A DNA stretch of 64,000 nucleotides from Eledone cirrhosa (Eukaryota). The DNA lies in the NCBI GenBank assembly GCA_964016885.1, contig OZ024743.1, forward strand, positions 3,162,001 through 3,226,000, given 5' to 3'. Of this stretch, positions 56,220 through 64,000 are shown piece by piece (positions within the stretch are counted from its first letter, which is position 1; each line of letters opens with the position of its first letter). Position numbers and translations under genes: made by a program. The notes under the pieces are model-generated. The model saw only the letters and a list, made by a program, of their open reading frames with translations, did not search any database and was not told the origin of the DNA.

Positions 56220-56410
56220 TTAGCTGTTATGGTAAGTGTTGTACCAGAGCTGTGGATGAAGCTGTTATGGCAGTTTACCATGGTGCTGTTCATGCTTTAC
56301 CAGAGCTGTATAGATGTTATGGTAAGTGTTATACCAGAGCTGTTATGGTAAATGTTATACCAGAGCTGTATAGCTGGAGCTGTTATGGCAAATGTTGTAG
56401 TAGAGCTGGC
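56220..56410. repeat. Degenerate ~30-bp minisatellite
   Basis: Repeated gctgttatggtaagtgttrtaccagagctgt. Confidence 0.75.
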
Positions 56411-57529
56411 AAGAAAATGATGGCTAGGCAAGAAATTGTTGACCTCCCAGATGAATTGCCGGAAGTGCTAGGCAGTCAGGAAAAAATGGCTAGTTGCTTT
56501 GAAAAGAAAAAAAAGCAAGTTGAATCTGTAGGTGGGTAGTAGTTGAAGCGACAATTCCATAGGAGAAATGGTGGAAATGCTGACAGGTCCAGTTCCATTT
56601 GTTGTTTTCCCAGTGAGTCGGGTAAAGTAACAAGATTGAGGTTGTTCATATGCAAACAAACATTGTATACACAAATACATTTAATCTATACAATATATTA
56701 TAAACTTCCCCTTGAAAATACCATCATACACATAATTTTCACTTTCAAAATGCCCTTTCACATTCATGTTTCTGAAAGGATAGGCGTCAATGTTTTAGTG
56801 AAACAACAGTTCTTACAGTTAGTTACATTTCTTACAAACTAGAAGCAGATGTTATGCACTTTGTTTAGAAGCAAAACACAAGCTCTGCCCTTATGATAGC
56901 TTGACTGCACTGATATCATATCTCAAGCAGAATGTGTACATTTACAGAAACAACCAACCCAAATCTAACACAGGAGAACACATCATCATCTAACATGTTT
57001 TCTTGTCAGCAAAGGTCGGACAAATCGTCACAAATGAAGTCAGTACTAAATCAGAGCTACTGAACTCTCGGGTTGTGGCTTGCATCCCACATTCCCACAC
57101 TTTGTATTTTATGTATTTTATCATGGCACAATGACTAGAGAGGCTGTTGACTTTGACATAACTGAACATCCTCTTGGCCCTTTGTTTGACATTTTTTCTA
57201 TGGCTGGATACCCTTCCTACTACTAACTGTATTACAGAGTGTACAGGGTACATTTTATCATGGCACCAAAACTAGGGAGGTTGTCATGTCCCTAACAAAA
57301 CTAAAGAGTCCTCTCAACCCTTCTTTAGCAAATTTTCTACAGCTGAATACCATCCTCTGGGTGCAGTGTTCATGGCACCAGCACTAGAAAGGCTGTTGGT
57401 AAATGACTCAACCGAAAATCCTTCTCTACCCATGGGTGGGTGGGGTTTGGCTGGAAATTCCCCCCCCCCCCCTCCCTTTTCATAGTTCTCTACAAAAAAG
57501 ACAAAATACCCAAAGATGTATCAACTTAC

Positions 57530-57943
57530 ATTCTGAATTACTTTGTTTAAAATCATAGTCCAATGACTGACCAAGAGATTGGTCAATCTCTCCACTATTA
57601 AGGCAGCCAGGCTGTTCAAACTGATTGATTACATCAAATCCAATGGAGTCAAAAGGTTCACTATTTTCAGAAGTAGCTTGTGGTATTGGAAGAGTAAACA
57701 GTTTGTTACAGTTCTCGTTATTCTTCAGCAGCAGTTGAAAAGATGAATTTGATTGGTTGACTTGCGATTCTACAGTTGTAGTTTCCCCAATTGAGGGAGA
57801 CAGAGAGGATATACTTAAATCAGCAAAGTCATATGAAACACGACTTGGAGTTAGCAAAGGAGAAACAGAAATCGGATCACTTTGATTTAAAGAATTTGGT
57901 GACTGGAGAATTAAATCACTTTTAAACTCTTCTACAGCACTAT
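57530..57943 (-). CDS. Predicted internal exon of host gene (Ser/acidic low-complexity region)
   Basis: ttattttttccag acceptor, gtaagt donor, 414 nt open frame (overlaps ORF 57480-57857), phase 1-1. Confidence 0.7.
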
Positions 57944-58411
57944 CTGGAAAAAATAAAAAGAGTAATTTTAATACATACTAGCAGAATGGCCCAGCGTTGC
58001 TCGGGATTCTAAACATAGATTGGCATGTTTATCCCTCCTTTCTGAAACAGTACAGAGAAGTACAGAATACCTCGGCCTGGGGATGGTGTCTACATTTTGT
58101 GCTTGTAAAAAAAATTTGTCGTAGATTACCAGGGGTTTAACTTAATTGGGTGTTTGAGAGTAAAATGTTCAACCCACGAAAGCCAAGACGATAGGGTTAA
58201 GTAAAAAGGCATTCGACAAACCGAACATGTATTTGTTGTGCTATGGTACAATGAAAGCAATAGTTACAGAACAGTAAGCATGTGGGACTGCAGTGGTGGA
58301 GAGCATGAAGGAATTTAGTTGCCCTAACGCAACCAAAATGCTAAACAATGAGGTCCCCGGGCAAAAATTTGAAATATTTTTCAGTCAAGAAAATATGTGA
58401 AACATAAGTAA

Positions 58412-61400
58412 CTCTCTCCTCCCCTGGCGCAGCTCAACACACCCTGCCATTACCCCACCACCACTGTTCTTCTAGCCCTCAATTTTCCCACCGTTATGGA
58501 TGGATGAGCTGAGAATACATTTGAGCAACTCTGAATCAATAGATGAAATATGAATCTGCGAGCTACCAAGCACCCACGTGAAGCGCCAACCCAGAGACCC
58601 TCCCCTACGAGTGTCGACAAATGCCCAAAACTCCGAGTTGGTACCATCAATGTAGGCTCAATGAAAGGAAGAGCAGGAGAAATCATAGAAATGCTAGAGT
58701 GAAAGGAAGTTGATGTATGCTGTGTGCAAGAGACTAGATGGAGAGGAGAGTCTGCTAGAGTCCTTGTAGGAAAAAGTCAGTGCTACAAATTTTTCTGGGT
58801 GGGAAATGACGATGGGATGGGTGGTGTAGGTATACTATTAGCTGACAAGTGGATAGATAAAGTAATCTCAGTGTACAGGGTAAATGCAAGAATCATTAAA
58901 CTCAGATTAGTCCTGAATAAGACAATTACCACAATAATATCAGCTTATGCACCCCAATCGGGGCTGCCAGACGAACTTAAGGATAGGTTTTACGAGTCCC
59001 TAATGCACACTACTGCTCTAACAAACGACAATGACTTCCTAATCATCGCAGGAGATTTTAACGGACACGTAGGTAAACACAGCGACGGCTTCAATAGAGT
59101 ACATGGAGGCCATGGAGTTGGCACAAGGAATGAGGAAGGATTCAGACTTCTAGAATTCTGCGACGCCAATGACATGTAACACGAAATTTAAAAAACCCGA
59201 CAACCACCTGATCACCTATAGATCAGGGGAGCACTCTACTCAGTTAGATTTTATCCTCATCAGAGGACGTGACAGATGGACGGTCGTAAACACAAAAGCC
59301 TTCCCTAGTGAGGAATGTACATCCCAACATAGCTTAGTTGTCAGCGACCTCACGGTCAGAACTAGACGAGCCCTGAAACAGAGGCCAACCTGGAGAAGAA
59401 AGATCTGGAAGCTGAAAGTCCCCTCAACCAGTAACAGATTTAAAGATATTTTACTCAGCGCCTACGACAGTAAAGAAGAACAGATAGAGACATTTAATGT
59501 AGAAGAGAACTGGGAGTTCCTAAAAAATAATTTACTAGAGGCGACGGACGAGGTCTGTGGCTGGAGTAAGACCTCAAGCAGGAGGAGAGTGACTTGGTGG
59601 TGGAACAATAAGGTAGATGAAGCAGTCAAGGCCAAGAGACAGGCATGGAAAGAATGGAAGAACGGGGGGAGCAGGGTACATTACATAGAGACCAAGAGGG
59701 AAGCTAGGCGACAAGTATACTTAGCTAGGAGGGAAGCAGAGGATAGAAAATTCAAGCATGTTTTACAACGTGAGGACCAGAAACAGGAGGTATTCAAGAT
59801 TGCGAGGCAGTGTGTCAGAGATAGTTGTGATGTCATTGGAGAGAAGTGTATCCGGAATGATAAAGGTGAGCTTGCCCTCACAAGTGCTGAGAAGAAAGAT
59901 GCATGGAAGAGTCATTATGATAGATTACTAAATGAGGAGAATGCATGGGAAGAAGAGACCCTACCCCAAGTAGACCCTATAGAGGGACCAGCAGTACAAG
60001 TCAGCGGCAGCGTAGTAAGTAAGGCAATCAGAGATATGAAGATGGGGAAGGCAACCGGTCCATCGGGGATAGCTGCCGAGATGCTGAAGGCATCTGGGTC
60101 TGTAGGTCACACTATAACCACACGTATCGTTAAACAGGTAATACTAGAAGGGGCCATACCAAAAGATTGGTGCAGTAGCATCATTGTCAACTGCTACAAA
60201 GGTAAAGGCGATGCACTAGATAGAGGAAACTATAGAGGTATAAAGTTGATGGACCAGGTCATGAAAGTAACAGAAAGAGTTATAGCACAGCTGATTAGGG
60301 ACCGGGTGAAAATAGACGAGATGCAATTTGGGTTTGTACCAGGAAGAGGCACCACTGATGCCCTCTTCCTTGTGAGGCAATTACAGGAAAAGTACCTAGC
60401 TAAAAGTAAGCCACTCTACTTGGCATTTGTCGACCTTGAGAAAGCCTTTGACAGAGTTCCACGTGCGGTAATCTGGTGGGCTCTTAGAAAACTAGGAGTA
60501 GATGAATGGCTTGTGAAAGCGGTACAAGCCATGTATAGGGGAGCAGTCAGCAAAGTTAGGATTAGCAATGAGTATAGCGAGGAATTTAGCGTACAGGTTG
60601 GGGTCCACCAGGGCTCTGTTCTTAGCCCTCTCCTGTTCATCATAGTCCTGCAGGCAATAACGGAGGAGTTTAAGACCGGATGCCCATGGGAACTCCTGTA
60701 TGCTGATGACCTCGCACTCATAGCTGAATCTATGGTAGAACTAGAGAATAAATTCCAAACCTGGAAGCAGGGACTAGAAAGAAAGGGTCTCAAAGTCAAC
60801 ATGACAAAGACTAAGGTCCTTGTAAGTAGACGAGAAAACAGAACCCAGATCCCCTCAGGGAAATGGCCTTGCTCAGTATGTAGGAAAGGTGTAGGTAGGA
60901 ACTCCATTCTCTGCCCCAAATGCAAACAATGGGTACACAAGAGATGTAGCGGGATCTCAGGAAGCTTAATTAAGAATGTAGGATTCACATGCAGCAGCTG
61001 TGCTGAAACAGCAAGCAGCAAACAGCCACAGGAAACAAGTACCACCAATCTCTGGGAGGGCCCTGTAGAAACAGTAGACAGCTTCTGCTACCTAGGTGAC
61101 CGAATTAGCAACGGAGGTGGGTGTTCAGAAAGTACAATAACTAGGGTAAGAACGGGATGGAAGAAGTTTAGGGAACTATTACCACTGCTAGCTGCAAAAG
61201 GCTTCTCCCTCAGAATGAAAGGCAGACTGTATGATGCGTGTATCCGAACAGCGATGTTGCATGGTAGTGAGACCTGGGCGCTGAAGGTGGAAGACTTACG
61301 TAGATTAGAGAGAAACGAAGCCTGCATGCTCCGATGGATGTGTAACAGTAATATACGTGAACAACAAAGCATAAATGAATTGAGAGAGAGACTGAGCATA

Positions 61401-61963
61401 AGAGGAATCAAATGCTGTGTGCAGGAGAGGCGGTTGCGCTGGTATGGACATGTGATGCGTATGAAGGATGACAGCTGCATAAAAAGGTGCAGAGCACTAG
61501 AAGTTGATGGAAACCGCGGAGTGGGGAGACCCAAGATGACTTGGGATGAGGTGATAAAAGCCGACCTTACCCAACTACACCTCTCAAAGACAATGACACA
61601 CGACCGTGACTTCTGGCGTCACGCAGTAATACAGAGTACCCGACCTCCCATGAGTACATGCTGAAGCATATAAACAATATGCCCCCACACCGCAAGGTGG
61701 TCGTGGAGGTGCCACGGCAAAAAAGCACCCAGCCCACACTGTAAAGTGGACGTGTAGGCGCCACGAAAAAGCACCCAGCACTCACTGTAAATGAGGTTGG
61801 TGTTAGGAAGGGCATCCAGCTGTAGAAATCAAGCCAGATCAGTTCCTGTATGAGCAAGGCATGGTCAGCCGACCAGACACTGCACACAACAGGACAACCC
61901 GTCTAACCCATGCTAGCGTGGAAGAACGGACGTAAAACGGTGATGATGATGATGATGATGATG
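58412..61963 (+). mobile_element. Full-length RTE LINE (family A) with 8-bp TSD
   Basis: TSD ATAAGTAA at 58404-58411 and 61964-61971. Single APE-RT ORF and (GAT)n tail. Confidence 0.95.
58550..61664 (+). pseudogene. RTE ORF: AP endonuclease + RT + PHD-like finger (one stop, one frameshift)
   Basis: GTINV, TGA at 58700-58702, VQETRW, SAYAPQ, AGDFNGH, frameshift ~59170, then an 831-aa frame with YADD. Confidence 0.92.
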
Positions 61964-62783
61964 ATAAGTAATGCATATGAAAAGTTCAAATAAAATCGGT
62001 TGGGTACTTCTTGAGTTACAGGCCCTAACGCAACCAAAATGCTTAAAAAAGAATAAAAATAAAAATCTGGGGCAAAAAAAATGAGAAAATCTTTTTTACT
62101 CAAAACACTTTAAATAAAATAAGTAATGCAAATTTTGAAGAAATCTGCCTGGATTATTGTTCCGTTATGCTTCAAAAAAGCATTTAAAGCCTAAAATGTG
62201 CAGTTTTCCACCTAGGGCATTGAAAATTTGAAATATTATTTGCTCAAAACACTCACACGACAATAAGTATTACATGTGTAAAGATTGAAAAAAATTGGTT
62301 GGGTGGTTCTTGAGTATTAGGTGAGACAGACAGACAGACATTCTCTGTTTTAGATATATAGATATCAATGGAAGAAGTTAAGAGAGTTACTCCCACTGTT
62401 GACAACAATAGGTTTCCCTCTACGTACAAAGAGACAATTGTATGATGCCTGTGTGCAAAGTGTGATGCTGCATGGTAGTGAAACATGAGCAGTGACTGTA
62501 GAAGACATGCATAGACCAGTTTTAGTGAGAGAAACAGTAGACACTCAAGCAATCCTATAAAAGGAACATAACTAAATGCCACTAAGCAATTTGTCTAGAA
62601 ATAAAAATGGTTTCTAAAATAAGAAACAAAGACCATATGTGGAAATGGTATAGCTGACTTAATCAACCATAGTACTTAATTGGTTTTTACTTTAATAAAG
62701 CAAGGAGATTGAAAGGCAAAATGTCAGTCAAACAGAATTTAAACTCAGAAGAATAAAAAAAATGTTTTAAATAATATTAATAC

Positions 62784-62867
62784 CTTTTGTAGACCTTAGC
62801 TTCTTGTCATTTTCTTTTGTTACTGGACTGCGAGTCAACTTGTCCTTGGATTGAAAAGGATCAACAG
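62784..62867 (-). CDS. Predicted internal exon of host gene (VDPFQSKDKLTRSPVTKENDKKLRSTK)
   Basis: ttttctccctacag acceptor, AG|gtatta donor, 84 nt, phase 1-1. Splices in frame to 57943. Confidence 0.6.
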
Positions 62868-62968
62868 CTGTAGGGAGAAAATTTAAATTAAAAGAGAAAC
62901 CAAAAGAAGTTATTTGATTGATTAATGATTTGATATGAGTATGTGAATGGACAGCATATATATATATA

Positions 62969-63857
62969 CTAGCATTAAAGCCCGGCGTTGCTCGGGGTCA
63001 TTAAGTTACCAAAGTTAGGTTGCACCACCCATTTTATGGCAGCACTTTTTTGTCTGCCAGGCACTGGGTGAATGAATTGCAGACCTGGAAGCAGGAGCTG
63101 CGCCAGCAGTGACAATTGTAGTTTCGCCTATGGATATTATCTCTGTGCAAAAAAGTGTTGAAATTTATTGTTTCACAGTACTTGCGCAACACGCGCGTAG
63201 ACGATGCCAGCCGAACAACGGAGTTGTTCTGCATGGTTGTCTGTGTGTTTTCTAAATTTAAGACAGTAGGGAGGGTTGTGATATGAGGGAGAGTTAGCTG
63301 TTGTTTCTAGCAGGTTTAGTGACCTCATAGAGGATATGTGTTTTCTAAATTTAAGACAGTAGGGAGTGGTGTGATATGGGGGAGAGTTAGCTGCTGTTTC
63401 TAGCAGGTTTAGTAACCTCATAGAGGATATGTGTTTTCTAAATTTAAGACAGTAGGGAGTGGTGTGATATGGGGGAGAGTTAGCTGCTGTTTCTAGCAGG
63501 TTTAGTAACCTCATAGAGGATATGTGTTTTCTAAACTTAAGACAGTAGGGAGTGGTGTGAACGGACAGTATCACCATCAAGCTTGGAAAGAGAAAGTAGC
63601 AGAAAGTATGAAGTTGTATAGATTTTGAATGGTAGTAGAAAGAGTTCAGCAGTTTAAATGAGAGAGAAAAATCATAAAATATTGAGTTTTATCTATTTTT
63701 TGCGTAATTGTGGGTGAAATTGAAAAGAATTATCTGCGTCAAGACGCAATCGAAACTATTTCGAATACTGAATTGTAAATTTCAATTGAAGAAATTCTAT
63801 ATCGTAGATTTCTATAACGAAGGAGCATGACCACACACTGAGCTTTATAGATTATGA
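62969..63857 (-). mobile_element. Non-autonomous Helitron with internal minisatellite
   Basis: 3' hairpin cccgagcaacgccggg + CTAG|T at 62969. 5' A|TC candidates at 63851 or 63857. Confidence 0.7.
63243..63560. repeat. 93-bp tandem repeat (~3.4 copies)
   Basis: Visible as the 31-aa repeat in ORF 63173-63580. Confidence 0.9.
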
Positions 63858-64000
63858 TATATAGAGAGAAAAACTGCTGCAAGATATGATTAATATACAT
63901 CATAGAAAATTAAAGTATAGGCTAAGTAGATTAGACCTCAGATGGCTGGAAATGAGATAGCAAACTCAATAAGAGTTGAATGTGAATCGTGAGCTATAGG

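Larger units (their letters stand above)
57978..62362 (-). mobile_element. Non-autonomous Helitron interrupted by a full-length RTE
   Basis: 3' hairpin + CTAG|T at 57978. 5' A|TCTATATATCTAAAACAGAG at 62362. 57978-58320 is homologous to 17486-17818. Confidence 0.72.

Noticed and set aside
60416-61534. Antisense ORFs over RTE copies
   Set aside because: Shadow frames of the RT ORF with no independent motifs.

Overview
AT-rich eukaryotic (animal) genomic DNA. The repeat content (RTE LINEs with (GAT)n tails, Nin-domain and CORE-like SINEs, very long (TA)n tracts) suggests an octopod cephalopod, but the organism is an inference. From about 1.5 to 47.8 kb the window is a (TA)n microsatellite field packed with Penelope-like element (PLE) material: three Hydra-clade-like and one Neptune-like RT/GIY-YIG remnants, plus about a dozen families of hammerhead ribozyme (HHR)-bearing pLTR-type sequences, most of them fold-back palindromes. 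The standout is a 466-bp, highly structured, non-coding HHR monomer present as three apparently identical tandem copies plus a 1.2-unit inverted arm (38843-40812), which looks like a retrozyme (circRNA-derived) insertion. The palindromes follow a shared rule: only one arm carries a 45-115 nt 3' extension, and that extension often begins with a YACTC...GAGT motif. Several HHRs carry the compensatory U3-A8 core variant. Also present: RTE LINEs (one full length with TSD, nested in a Helitron inside a host intron), three non-autonomous Helitrons, a hAT-like transposon with ~540-bp TIRs and an HSE-array/TATA/Inr promoter, an internally deleted Ty3/gypsy, Dong/R4 and CRE-like fragments, a 200-N gap, and the last four predicted exons of an unidentified minus-strand host gene (51.9-62.9 kb). 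The many Tyr-Ile ORFs are microsatellite translations.
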